NCBI GenBank assembly: GCA_963851265.1
Contig: CAWKNZ010000005.1
Location: 224,001-288,000 of the forward strand
Source of the DNA: an uncultured Gemmatimonadales bacterium
Lineage (GTDB): Bacteria > Gemmatimonadota > Gemmatimonadetes > Gemmatimonadales > Gemmatimonadaceae
Direction of reading: 5' to 3'
Length of the DNA: 64,000 nucleotides
This document shows positions 25,333 through 34,967 of this stretch, piece by piece (within the stretch, counting starts at the first letter, position 1; each line of letters opens with the position of its first letter). The notes beneath the pieces are model-generated. The model saw nothing but the letters and a program-made list of their open reading frames with translations, did not search any database and was not told the origin of the DNA. The position numbers and the translations under genes are program-made.

Positions 25333-26325
25333 ATGCACGCCGCGTTCTTCGACCGTCAGGGTCCCGCCCACGACGTACTGCGGGTGGGCGAGCTGCCCAC
25401 CCCCGAGCCGGGACCCGGCGAGGTGCGCGTGCGCGTGCAGGCGTCGGCGGTGAACCCGTCCGACACGAAAACGCGCGGCGGGTGGGGCGGCGCGCCGATG
25501 CCGTTCCCGCGCATCACGCCGCACCAGGACGGGGCCGGAATCCTCGACGCGGTGGGTGCGGGCGTGCCCGCATCGCGCGTGGGCGAGCGCGTGTGGGTGT
25601 ACGAGGCGCAACGCGGGCGTGCCGGCGGCACCGCGGCCGAGTTCACGGTGGTGCCCGCAAGTCAGGCCGTGCCGCTGCCCGACGGCATCGGGTTCGACGT
25701 CGGCGCGTGCCTGGGCGTCCCGGCGCTCACGGCGCACCGGTGCCTCTTTGCCGACGGCCCGGCGACCGGGCGCGCGGTGCTGGTGCAGGGCGGGGCGGGG
25801 GCGGTGGGACTCGCGGCGGTGCTGCTCGCGCGGTGGGCTGGCGCGCGCGTGCTGGCCACGGTGAGCCGCCCCGAGCAGGCGGCCGCCGCGGAGGCCGCGG
25901 GCGCGCACGTCGTCATCAACCGTCGCACCGAGGACGTCGCCGCCCGCGTGCGCAGCGCGACCGACGGGGCGGGCGTCGACCGGGTCGTCGAGGTCGACCT
26001 CGCGGCCAACCTCGAGCAGGACCTCGCGTGCCTCGCGCCGAACGGCGTGATCAGCGCCTACGCCAGCGCGGCGCCCGACGCGGCGGCCGCGCTCGTGGTC
26101 CGCCGCACGATGATGCTGAACGCGGTGGTCCGCACCGTGTTCGTGTACGGCATGGGCCCGCAGGCGCACGCCGACGCCGTGCGCGACGTGACCGCGTGTC
26201 TCGCGGCCGGCGCGTACCGCCCGCTGATCGGGCTCCGGCTCCCGCTCGAACGCGTGGCCGACGCGCACGACGCGCAGGACGCGGGGGCGACGGTCGGGAA
26301 GATCGTCCTCGAGATCGCGCGCTGA
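25333..26325 (+). CDS. NADPH:quinone reductase (zeta-crystallin/MDR family)
   Basis: PEPGPGEVRVRV.ASAVNPSD, HQDGAG, LVQGGAGAVG, GKIVL. Confidence 0.9.
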   Translation: MHAAFFDRQGPAHDVLRVGELPTPEPGPGEVRVRVQASAVNPSDTKTRGGWGGAPMPFPRITPHQDGAGILDAVGAGVPASRVGERVWVYEAQRGRAGGTAAEFTVVPASQAVPLPDGIGFDVGACLGVPALTAHRCLFADGPATGRAVLVQGGAGAVGLAAVLLARWAGARVLATVSRPEQAAAAEAAGAHVVINRRTEDVAARVRSATDGAGVDRVVEVDLAANLEQDLACLAPNGVISAYASAAPDAAAALVVRRTMMLNAVVRTVFVYGMGPQAHADAVRDVTACLAAGAYRPLIGLRLPLERVADAHDAQDAGATVGKIVLEIAR

Positions 26326-26413
26326 GTACGGCCGCGCGCGCCCGACCGGGTGCGGGCCGTCGGACGCCTGCCGGGGCACGCCGTATCTTACGGGTCGACA
26401 CCGTCCCGACTTC

Positions 26414-27700
26414 GTGCGCCTCGTCCACCTCGCCGACCTTCACCTCGGCTTCCGCCAGTACCAGCGCCTCACCCCGACCGGCGTCAACCAGCGGGAGGCG
26501 GACGTCGCGCGCACCTTCGCCCGCGCGATCGACCGCACCATCGAGCTGGCGCCGGACCTCGTGGTGGTCGCCGGCGACGTGTTTCACGTCGTGCGGCCGC
26601 CCAACCCCGCGATCCTGCACGCGTTCCGGCAGTTCATGCGCCTGCAGCTCGCGCTGCCTAACGCGACGGTCGTGATGGTCGCGGGCAACCACGACGCGCC
26701 GCGCACGGCCGAGACGGGCTCCATCCTGAAGCTGTTCACCGAGTGCGGCGTGCGCGTGGTGGATGGCGCGGCCGAGCGGATCGCGCTCCCCGCACTCGAC
26801 GCGAGCGTGCTCGCCGTGCCCGACGTGCCGGGGCACGTGCGCCCGGTGCTCGCGCCCGACCCGTCGGCGCGCCACAACGTGCTGCTGCTCCACGGCGAGG
26901 TCGAGGGCATGCTGCGCGGCGTCGCCTCCGCGGAGCGAGCCGCGACCGAGATCCCGCGCGCCGACCTGCGCGCCCCGGAGTGGGATTACATCGCGCTCGG
27001 CCACTATCACGTCTACCGCGAGGTCGAGCCGAACGCGTACTACTCGGGGTCGATCGACTACACGAGCTTCGACGCGTGGGGCGAGCGGCGCGACGAGCGC
27101 GACCAGGGCATCCCGGGCAAGGGGATCGTCGAGCGCGACCTCGCGACGGGGCGGCACACCTTCCACCCGCTCGAGCCCTCGCGCACGCTCGTCGACCTGC
27201 ACCCGGTCGCGGGTGCGGGGCTCGGCGCGCGCGAACTCGATGCGGCGGTCCGCGCGGCGGTCGACGGGGTGGCGGGCGGCATCGAAGACAAGATCGTGCG
27301 GCTCCGCGCGGTCGACGTGCCGCGCCACATCGCGCGGGAGATGGACCACAAGGCCCTGCGCGAGTACAAGCGGCGCGCGTTGCACTTCCAGTTCGAGACC
27401 GTGCGCCCCGACGTCGCGCGCGTCGCGGCCGGCGGCTCGCCCGGGCGCCGCCCGTCGCTCGCCGACGTGGTGCGCGAGAAGCTCGCCGCGCGGCTGCTGC
27501 CGGGCGAGGTTCCGCGCGACGCCTTCGTCGCGTTAGGCCTCAAGTACCTGGCCGACGCCGACGCGGCGGCCGCCGAGGCCCCCGCGGGCGCGATGGCCGG
27601 CGCGGGCGACGGCGACGGCGCGTTCGCGGCCGCCGCGTCCGTGGGCGGCACCCCCGTGGGCGGCACGCCCGCGGGCGGAACCGCCGGGGGCGTCGCGTGA
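26414..27700 (+). CDS. sbcD: SbcD/Mre11-family DNA repair nuclease
   Basis: Phosphoesterase motifs HLADLHLG, AGDVFH, AGNHD, LLHG, YIALGHYH, YSGS. Confidence 0.92.
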   Translation: MRLVHLADLHLGFRQYQRLTPTGVNQREADVARTFARAIDRTIELAPDLVVVAGDVFHVVRPPNPAILHAFRQFMRLQLALPNATVVMVAGNHDAPRTAETGSILKLFTECGVRVVDGAAERIALPALDASVLAVPDVPGHVRPVLAPDPSARHNVLLLHGEVEGMLRGVASAERAATEIPRADLRAPEWDYIALGHYHVYREVEPNAYYSGSIDYTSFDAWGERRDERDQGIPGKGIVERDLATGRHTFHPLEPSRTLVDLHPVAGAGLGARELDAAVRAAVDGVAGGIEDKIVRLRAVDVPRHIAREMDHKALREYKRRALHFQFETVRPDVARVAAGGSPGRRPSLADVVREKLAARLLPGEVPRDAFVALGLKYLADADAAAAEAPAGAMAGAGDGDGAFAAAASVGGTPVGGTPAGGTAGGVA

Positions 27701-30162
27701 AGCTGCGCGCGCTGCGCCTCGTCAACTTCCGGCAGCACGCGGACTCGTCGCTCACGTTCGGCGACGGGCTCACGGGGATCATCGGGCCCAACGGGTCGGG
27801 CAAGACCACCGTGCTCGAGGCGATCGCGTGGGCGCTCTACGGCCAGCAGGCCGCGCGCGGCACCCGCGACTCGCTGCGCTTCACCCGCGCGCCGGCGCGC
27901 GCGTCCGTGCGGGTCGAGCTGGAGTTCGAGCTCGCCGGGCACCGCTACCGCGTCGTGCGCGGCCTGACCAGCGCGGAGGTCTACCTCGACAACGCCCCGT
28001 CGCCGGTCGCCAACTCGATCACCGGCGTCACCGAGCTCCTGCAACGCCGGCTCGGGATGACGAAGGGTGAGTTCTTCAACACGTACTTCACGGGACAGAA
28101 GGAGCTCTCGGTGATGGCCGCGATGGGGCCCACCGAGCGCGCGCAGTTCCTGTCCCGCGTGTTGGGCTACGAACGGCTGCGCGCCGCGCAGCACCTCGTG
28201 CGCGAGCGCCGGAAACTCGTGGTCGCCGAGCTCCAGGGGCTGCGTTCCGGGCTCCCCGACCCCGACGCGGTGCGCGCGGCGCTCCGCGAGGCCGAGGCGC
28301 GCGTGGCGTCCGCCCGCGCGGGGGCCGAGGCGGCGGAGCGCGACCGCGTGCGGGCACAGGAGCGCCTCGCCACCGTGGTGCCGCGCTGGCAGGCGGTGCA
28401 GGAGGCGCGCGAGCGCGCGCTCGCCCTCGCCGGCGAGCTGCGGGTGGCCGAGGGCGAGGCGGCCACGCTCGGGCGCGAGGTCGAGCGGATCGCGCGCGAA
28501 CTCGACGCCGCCACCGCGGCCGGGGTGGAAGTCGAGCGCCTGGCGTCGATGCTCGCGCCGCTCCCGATCCTGCGGACCGAGCTCGCACGCCTCGACCAGC
28601 TCGCGGCGGCGGAGGGGCGGCGTCAGGCGCTGCTCGACTCCGAGCGCGCGCTCGCCGACGAGGCCGCGAAGCTGGCCGAGCGGCGCGCGAAGCTGGGCGC
28701 CGCGCCCGCGCTGGAGCGCGAGACCGAGGCGCAACTCGCCTCCCGCCGGCAGGAGCTGGACGCGGTGCAGGGCGAGCACGAGGCGCAGCGCACGGCGTAC
28801 GTGCGCGACCGGCAGGAGGCCGACACGAAGCTCGAATCGCTGCGCGCGCAGTTCGCCGACGCCAAGGCGCAGCGCGACCGCGTGCAGCAACTCGGCCCCG
28901 AGAGCCCGTGCCCTACGTGCACGCGTCCGTTGGGCGCGAGCTTCACGACCGTCCTCGACGCGCTCGACGACCAGCTCGACACGCTGAGCGCGAACGGGCA
29001 GTACTTCAAGAACCGCCTCAAGCAGCTCGAGGGCGAGCCCGAGGCGCTGCGCGCGTTAGGCGAGCGCCGCCGCGCGCTCGCGGCCGACGTGACCGCGCTG
29101 GAGCGCCGCTTCGCCAAGTGCCAGGCCGGCGTGCAGGAGCTGCGGCTGGTGGAGCAGGACGCCGCCGCGCGCGAGCGTCGGCTGGCGGGCGTGCGCGCCG
29201 ACCTCGCCGCGCTCCCCGCCGGGTACGACCACGCCGCGCACCGCGCGACGAAGGCCGAGACCGAGCGCCTCGTCCAGCTCGACCGCGAGCGCGTGCGCGC
29301 CGAGGCGACCGTCGCGCGCGCGGCCGAGGCGCGCGCCGCGCTGGAGCGCGCGACCGCCGCGCTCGCACAGACCCGCGAGCGCGTCGACGCGCTGCGCGCG
29401 CGCGCGGCCGCGACGTCGTTCGACGAGGGCGCGTTCGCGCGCGGGCGGAGCGAATACGACGAGGCCACGGCCGCGGCGCGCGGCGCCGAGGTCCGTGCGG
29501 CGCAGTCCGAGGGCGAGCTCGCCGCCGCGCGCGGCGCGCTCGAGAGCGCGGAGCGGCAGCGCGCCGAGTTGGAGCGCGGCCGCGAGCGGCTGCAGGCGCT
29601 GTCGCACGAGCGCCTGCTGCACGAGGAGCTCGACCGCGCGTACACCGACCTGCGCACCGACCTCAATTTCCAGCTGCGCCCCGAACTCTCGGACGCGGCC
29701 AGTCGCTTCCTGGAGGACCTCACCGACGGTCGTTACGACGCACTCGAGCTCGACGACCAGTACAACGTGATCGTGCTCGAGGGGAAGGTGCCCAAGCCCG
29801 TGATCTCGGGTGGCGAGGAGGACCTCGCGAATCTCGTACTGCGCCTCGCGATCTCGCAGATGATCGCGGAGCGCGCGGGACAGAGCTTCTCGCTGCTCGT
29901 GCTCGACGAGGTATTCGGGTCGCTCGACGAGTCGCGCCGGGCCAACGTGATCGAGCTGCTGCGGCGCCTGCACGACCGCTTCGAGCAGGTGATCGTGATC
30001 ACGCACATCGAGGACGTGCGCGAGGGGCTCGACCAGGTGATCCGCGTGCGCTACGACGAGGCGCGCGGTACCTCGGTAGTCGAGCAGGACGGGCGCGGTG
30101 AGGGCGACGACGTCGATTCCGCGCCGCCCGACGCCCGTCCGGCACTCGTCGCCGCGGCCTGA
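27697..30162 (+). CDS. sbcC: SbcC/Rad50 SMC-family ATPase
   Basis: GTG overlapping the sbcD stop; Walker A GPNGSGKTT, coiled coils, zinc hook CPTC, signature ISGGEE, Walker B/D-loop LVLDEVFGSLD, VITH. Confidence 0.93.
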   Translation: MKLRALRLVNFRQHADSSLTFGDGLTGIIGPNGSGKTTVLEAIAWALYGQQAARGTRDSLRFTRAPARASVRVELEFELAGHRYRVVRGLTSAEVYLDNAPSPVANSITGVTELLQRRLGMTKGEFFNTYFTGQKELSVMAAMGPTERAQFLSRVLGYERLRAAQHLVRERRKLVVAELQGLRSGLPDPDAVRAALREAEARVASARAGAEAAERDRVRAQERLATVVPRWQAVQEARERALALAGELRVAEGEAATLGREVERIARELDAATAAGVEVERLASMLAPLPILRTELARLDQLAAAEGRRQALLDSERALADEAAKLAERRAKLGAAPALERETEAQLASRRQELDAVQGEHEAQRTAYVRDRQEADTKLESLRAQFADAKAQRDRVQQLGPESPCPTCTRPLGASFTTVLDALDDQLDTLSANGQYFKNRLKQLEGEPEALRALGERRRALAADVTALERRFAKCQAGVQELRLVEQDAAARERRLAGVRADLAALPAGYDHAAHRATKAETERLVQLDRERVRAEATVARAAEARAALERATAALAQTRERVDALRARAAATSFDEGAFARGRSEYDEATAAARGAEVRAAQSEGELAAARGALESAERQRAELERGRERLQALSHERLLHEELDRAYTDLRTDLNFQLRPELSDAASRFLEDLTDGRYDALELDDQYNVIVLEGKVPKPVISGGEEDLANLVLRLAISQMIAERAGQSFSLLVLDEVFGSLDESRRANVIELLRRLHDRFEQVIVITHIEDVREGLDQVIRVRYDEARGTSVVEQDGRGEGDDVDSAPPDARPALVAAA

Positions 30163-30189
30163 CCGCGTGACACCTCCGGTGCCGAGCCG

Positions 30190-31170
30190 ATGACCGGGCT
30201 GCGCCCGTGGCGCGCGTCGTCGCGCACCGCCGACGGCCCGTACCGCGCCACGGCGGCCGACATTCCGTCGCTGAACACCGCGTTCAGCGAGGCGTTCACG
30301 GACCGTTACCGCAAGGACGGTCTCGTGGGCGTGCGGGTGCCCGCGCTCAACCCGCTCATCTGGCGCTACGCGCTCGCCGACGCGGGCGAGGGCGCGGTCC
30401 TCTGGCGCGGCGACCGCGCCGAGGTGGTCGCGTTCAACGTCGCGCACCACTCGGGCGAGGAGGGGTGGATGGGGCCGCTCGCGGTCGCGCCGACGCACCA
30501 GGGGCGCGGGCTCGGCAAGGCGGTCGTCGGCGCGGGGGTCGAGTGGCTACGGTCGTGCGGCGCGCGCACGATCGGGCTCGAGACGATGCCGCGCACGATG
30601 GACAACATCGGCTTCTACTCGTCGCTGGGCTTCGTTCCCGGCCGCCTCACGCTCACGCTCACGCTCGACGCGGCCGCCGCGGCGCGCGCTCCCACGCTGC
30701 TGGGGCGGCTGCCGCAGGGCGCGCGCGAGGCTGCCGCGGCGGAGTGCGCGGCGCTCACGGCCGCGGTCGGGCCGGGGCGCGACTTCACGCGCGAGATGGC
30801 GCTCACCGAGGAGTTCGCGGTCGGCGACACGGTGCTCGCGTACGGGCCCGGGGGCGCGCTCGCGGGGTTCGCGCTCTGCCATTCTGCGCCCCTCGTCGAG
30901 GGGCGGGTGCGCGAGGAGGTGCGCGTGCTGAAACTCGTCATCGCCTCGCCGGACGCGCTGAGCGCGCTGGCCGAGGCGGTGTGCGACTTCGCGCGGCGGA
31001 GCGGCGCGCGGCGGGCGGCGTTCCGCGTGCAGGGCGAGTACACGTGGCTGTACCAGGCGCTCCTCGCGCGGGGGGCGCGGGTGCGGTGGAGTGATTTGCG
31101 GATGACGTTAGACGGGTATCCGGAGCCGGCGGTGGCGGAAGGGGCGGTGCTGTCGAACTGGGAGATTTAG
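30190..31170 (+). CDS. GNAT-family N-acetyltransferase (tandem GNAT fold)
   Basis: GPLAVAPTHQGRGLGK acetyl-CoA motif, NIGFYSSLGF. Confidence 0.85.
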   Translation: MTGLRPWRASSRTADGPYRATAADIPSLNTAFSEAFTDRYRKDGLVGVRVPALNPLIWRYALADAGEGAVLWRGDRAEVVAFNVAHHSGEEGWMGPLAVAPTHQGRGLGKAVVGAGVEWLRSCGARTIGLETMPRTMDNIGFYSSLGFVPGRLTLTLTLDAAAAARAPTLLGRLPQGAREAAAAECAALTAAVGPGRDFTREMALTEEFAVGDTVLAYGPGGALAGFALCHSAPLVEGRVREEVRVLKLVIASPDALSALAEAVCDFARRSGARRAAFRVQGEYTWLYQALLARGARVRWSDLRMTLDGYPEPAVAEGAVLSNWEI

Positions 31171-31452
31171 GGGCGGTGGAAGGGTGGGGCGCGCGGCTGT
31201 CACGCGTGCCCGTGACGGGTCGGGGATCGGCGCTTCTTGAACGCCAGGCTGGCGATGAACGAGCCGGGAATAATACGGCCGGGGAGACGACGGCTCGGGA
31301 GGTACGACCGGGGGTTACGGACGGCCTGGCCGTCGCCCTTGCGAGCGTCATCGCCTCCGCTGTCGTATCCCCGGGCCGTCCCTCCTCGGCCCTACTCCCA
31401 CGCGCCTGACCGACCGCCGCCGCCGTTAGGCAGCATCCGTCCCCCTCCGACC

Positions 31453-31611
31453 CTACGGCCTCCGCTCCGTCCCCCGCTGCACCACCCGGTAGATCAGCAC
31501 GAACACCCCGGCGGTGAGCAGCGCGTTCACCCACCCCGGCGCCGCGGTGCCCAACGTGAGCCCCGCCCAGACGACGAGGAGGGCGGCGGCGGCGAGGTAC
31601 CAGAGATCCAT
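31453..31611 (-). CDS. Small two-TM membrane protein, 52 aa (resembles lmo0937/DUF5670 family); absent from the ORF track
   Basis: Manual translation: MDLWYLAAAALLVVWAGLTLGTAAPGWVNALLTAGVFVLIYRVVQRGTERRP*; GC3-rich codons. Confidence 0.75.
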   Translation of the reverse strand: MDLWYLAAAALLVVWAGLTLGTAAPGWVNALLTAGVFVLIYRVVQRGTERRP

Positions 31612-31770
31612 GGCGGTCGGGGCAGGGGGAACGCGCGACGCCGTTGGCGGCCCATCGTTGGCGGCGCGCTATGCACCCGCACAACTTAGTGGGGCGTCCT
31701 GAGCGCCGGCCGCGCGGCCCCACCGCGCGCCGGACCGTGCCCACCCGCCACGCCCATCGCCGGAGCCGTA

Positions 31771-32340
31771 ATGCCTCGCCCGTCCCTCTCCCTCCGCGCC
31801 GCGGCGCTCGCGATCGTCGCGACGGGGTGCGCCTCGACCGGCACCGCGCCCATCGAGTCCGCGGCCGCGACCACGCAGCAGACCGTGCGCGTCGACGGGG
31901 GCCCCACGACGTACCAGACGCAGCTCACGCGCAACGACCGGGCGACCGAGACCGACCTCGTCGTTCCGGCGGACCGCGCCTACGCGTTCCTCCCGCTCGT
32001 TTACGAGCAGATCGGGCTCAAGGTCAACACGGCGGTCAGCGACAGTCGCACGATCGGCGTGAACGCGGCTCGCACCAGACGCGTGGGCAAGGAGCCGCTG
32101 TCGCGCTACCTGTCGTGCGGGACGGACGTCACGGGCACGCCGCTCGCCGACTCGTACGGCGTCACGCTCACCGTCATGTCCCGCGTCACGGCGTCCGGGA
32201 CCGCGGCGTCGGTGCTCAGCACGCAGGTGCTCGCGACGGCGGCGCCGATGGCGGTGAGCGGCACGACGGTGACCTGTCAGTCGACCGGCGCGCTCGAGTC
32301 GCTCATCGCGAAGATGCTGACGCTGCGCACGGCCACCTGA
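31771..32340 (+). CDS. Hypothetical lipoprotein
   Basis: GGAG RBS; signal ending IVATGC; two further Cys (YLSCG, VTCQSTG). Confidence 0.75.
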   Translation: MPRPSLSLRAAALAIVATGCASTGTAPIESAAATTQQTVRVDGGPTTYQTQLTRNDRATETDLVVPADRAYAFLPLVYEQIGLKVNTAVSDSRTIGVNAARTRRVGKEPLSRYLSCGTDVTGTPLADSYGVTLTVMSRVTASGTAASVLSTQVLATAAPMAVSGTTVTCQSTGALESLIAKMLTLRTAT

Positions 32341-32419
32341 CGGAACGCGGGGCGACGGGGCTCCGGCTGTCGGGGCTGCGGCCGACGGAACTAACCTCCG
32401 CGCCGGGCGTTCTATTCGG

Positions 32420-32833
32420 ATGCCAGTGGTCACCGTCACCCGCCGCCTCCGCTTCAACGCGGCGCACCGAGTTCACAATCCGGCCCTCTCCGACGAGGAG
32501 AACCGCGACCTGTTCGGCAAGTGCAACAACCCGAACTGGCACGGCCACAACTACGTGCTCGAAGTGTCGGTCGAGGGCGAGGTCGATCCGCGCACCGGGT
32601 ACGTCGTCGACCTCGGCGCGCTCGCGCGGGTCGTCGAGCGCGAGGTGATCGACGAGGTCGACCATCGCAACATGAACCTCGACGTCGGGTTCATGGAGGG
32701 TGTGATCCCCACCTCCGAGAACATCGTGGTGCGATGCTGGCAGGTGCTGACGCCGCACATCGCCCCGGGCCGCCTGGCCCGACTGCGGCTGTGGGAAACC
32801 GAGAACAACTATGTCGAGTACGACGGGCGCTGA
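32420..32833 (+). CDS. 6-pyruvoyl-tetrahydropterin synthase, animal-like PTPS-II type (QueD superfamily)
   Basis: [27 protein letters not shown] (Cx5HGH), DHRNMN.DV, TSEN, LWETENN. Confidence 0.92.
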   Translation: MPVVTVTRRLRFNAAHRVHNPALSDEENRDLFGKCNNPNWHGHNYVLEVSVEGEVDPRTGYVVDLGALARVVEREVIDEVDHRNMNLDVGFMEGVIPTSENIVVRCWQVLTPHIAPGRLARLRLWETENNYVEYDGR

Positions 32834-33506
32834 CCGCGCGAGATGGGACGGCCGGAACGGGCACGACGGCCACCCGGCCCCCGAGCCGCACGTCACGCCA
32901 CTCGACCCGGGCGTGCGGGCCGACGGGGAGTTCAACCCGCGCCTGCTCGAGTACACGGAGCTCGTTCGGCGTCAGCTCGATCTGCTCGGCGAGGACTCCG
33001 AGCGCGACGGCCTGCTCAAGACGCCCGAGCGCGTGGCCAAGGCGATGGCCTTCCTCACGCGCGGCTACGCGCTGAACGCGCGCGACGTGATCGGCGACGC
33101 GCTGTTCGAGGTCGACAGCGAGCAGATGGTGCTCGTGCGCGACATCGAGTTCTACTCGCTCTGCGAGCACCACATGCTGCCTTTTTTCGGCAAGGCGCAC
33201 ATCGCCTACATCCCCGACGGGCGCGTGGTAGGGCTGTCGAAGCTGGCGCGCGTGGTCGACGTGTTCGCGCGGAGGCTGCAGGTGCAGGAGCGCCTCACGG
33301 AGGACGTGGCCGGCGCGCTCGACGACGTGCTCCGTCCGCGTGGCGTGGGCGTCGTGATCGAGGCGTCGCACATGTGCATGATGATGCGCGGTGTCGAGAA
33401 GCAGAGCTCGATGACGGTGACGAGCGCGCTCCGCGGTGCGTTCAAGGCGGACGGGCGCACGCGCGACGAGTTCCTCCGGCTCGCGCACTCGCCCACGCGG
33501 GCGTAG
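32811..33506 (+). CDS. folE: GTP cyclohydrolase I
   Basis: [48 protein letters not shown]. Confidence 0.95.
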   Translation: MSSTTGADRARWDGRNGHDGHPAPEPHVTPLDPGVRADGEFNPRLLEYTELVRRQLDLLGEDSERDGLLKTPERVAKAMAFLTRGYALNARDVIGDALFEVDSEQMVLVRDIEFYSLCEHHMLPFFGKAHIAYIPDGRVVGLSKLARVVDVFARRLQVQERLTEDVAGALDDVLRPRGVGVVIEASHMCMMMRGVEKQSSMTVTSALRGAFKADGRTRDEFLRLAHSPTRA

Positions 33507-33529
33507 GGCACACGGCCGTCCGCCACGGC

Positions 33530-34264
33530 GTGACCCCGGCCACCGCGCTCGTCACCGGCGCGTCACGCGGCATTGGCCGCGCCGTCGCCGGACGACTCGC
33601 CGCTGCCGGCGTGCACGTCGCCGCGCTGGCGCGCACCGCCGACGCGCTCGCCGCGCTCGCCAGCGAGTACGCGGGCGGCGGTATGGATGGCCGCGCGGCC
33701 GGCCGCGTCCTGCCGCTCGTCGCCGACCTGCGCGACCCGCTCGCGACGGCGCGCGCACTCGACGCGGTGCGCTCGGCGTTCGACGGCGCGCCCGACCTGC
33801 TCGTCAACAACGCGGGCGTGTTCGCCGTCGCGCCCGCGCACGAGACCGACGCCGACGCGTTCGCCGCGGTGCTCGACGCGAACCTCGCCGCGCCGTTCCG
33901 CGTGGTGCGCGCCCTGCTCCCGGCGATGCGCGCGCGCGGCGCCGGCCACGTCGTGACCATCGGCTCCGTCGCCGACCGCGCCGTCTTCCCGGGTAACGCG
34001 GCCTACGCGGCGAGCAAGTACGGCCTGCGGGCCTTGCACGAGGTGCTGCGCGCCGAATGCCGCGGCACCGGCGTGCGCTGCACGCTCGTGTCGCCGGGTC
34101 CGGTCGACACGCCGCTCTGGGACCCGCTCGACCCCGACCACACTGCCGGGTTCACGCCGCGCGCGGCGATGCTCGCGGCCGACGACGTCGCCGACGCGGT
34201 GGTCTACGCGGCGACGCGCCGCCCCGAAGTGAACGTCGACGAGCTGCGGCTGGGCCGCGCCTAA
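33530..34264 (+). CDS. Short-chain dehydrogenase/reductase (candidate sepiapterin-reductase-like)
   Basis: VTGASRGIG, LVNNAG, YAASK, SPGPVDT. Confidence 0.88.
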   Translation: MTPATALVTGASRGIGRAVAGRLAAAGVHVAALARTADALAALASEYAGGGMDGRAAGRVLPLVADLRDPLATARALDAVRSAFDGAPDLLVNNAGVFAVAPAHETDADAFAAVLDANLAAPFRVVRALLPAMRARGAGHVVTIGSVADRAVFPGNAAYAASKYGLRALHEVLRAECRGTGVRCTLVSPGPVDTPLWDPLDPDHTAGFTPRAAMLAADDVADAVVYAATRRPEVNVDELRLGRA

Positions 34265-34275
34265 CGCATCCGGCC

Positions 34276-34941
34276 GTGTTCGTCGAGCTGATCGACGCGC
34301 TGCGCTGCCCCCGCCCGCACCCCGCCGGCACCCCGGATTCGTGGCTCGTCGCCGCGGCGCGCCGCACCGCCGCACGCTGCCTCGTCGACGGTGTCCTCGG
34401 CTGCCCCGTGTGCCGCGCGGAATTCGCGGTCGCGGGCGGGGTGGTCGATTTCGGTGAGCCCCGCGACACCCGCCCGGCGGCCGCGGCCGCCCCGGCCCCC
34501 GACGCGACGGTCGACGCGTTCCGCCTGGCGGCGCTCCTCCACCTCGCGACGCCGGGCGGGATCATCGCGGTCGGCGGCGACTGGGACCTCGCCCTCGACG
34601 GGTTGCTCGACGTCACGGAGGTCCGCGCCCTCGCCGTCGAGCCCGCGCACGCGTACGCACCGCGCGAGCCGTTCGGGGCGCTCGTCGGCGGCGAACTGCC
34701 GGTTGCCGCTGGCGCGCTCCGGGGCGTGGCGCTCGACGTGCGCACGGCGACCCCCGCGCGCCTCGCGGCCGCCGTACGCGCGGTCCGCCCCGGCGGCCGC
34801 CTCGTCGCGCCGGCCGCCACGCCCGTGCCCGACGGCGCGCGCGAGCTGGCCCACGACGAGGCGCACTGGGTGGCGGAACGCCTGCCCGAACGCGACGCGG
34901 CGCCGGACGGGCTCGTGCCCCTCCGGCGCCGCCCGGGGTGA
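34276..34941 (+). CDS. Hypothetical protein: Trm112-like N-terminal Cys knuckle plus degenerate methyltransferase-like C-terminus
   Basis: LIDALRCP...LGCPVCRAEF.V.GGV; C-terminal VRAVRPGGRLV. Confidence 0.6.
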   Translation: MFVELIDALRCPRPHPAGTPDSWLVAAARRTAARCLVDGVLGCPVCRAEFAVAGGVVDFGEPRDTRPAAAAAPAPDATVDAFRLAALLHLATPGGIIAVGGDWDLALDGLLDVTEVRALAVEPAHAYAPREPFGALVGGELPVAAGALRGVALDVRTATPARLAAAVRAVRPGGRLVAPAATPVPDGARELAHDEAHWVAERLPERDAAPDGLVPLRRRPG

Positions 34942-34967
34942 CCCGCCGGACGCGTTAGGCTGCGCGC

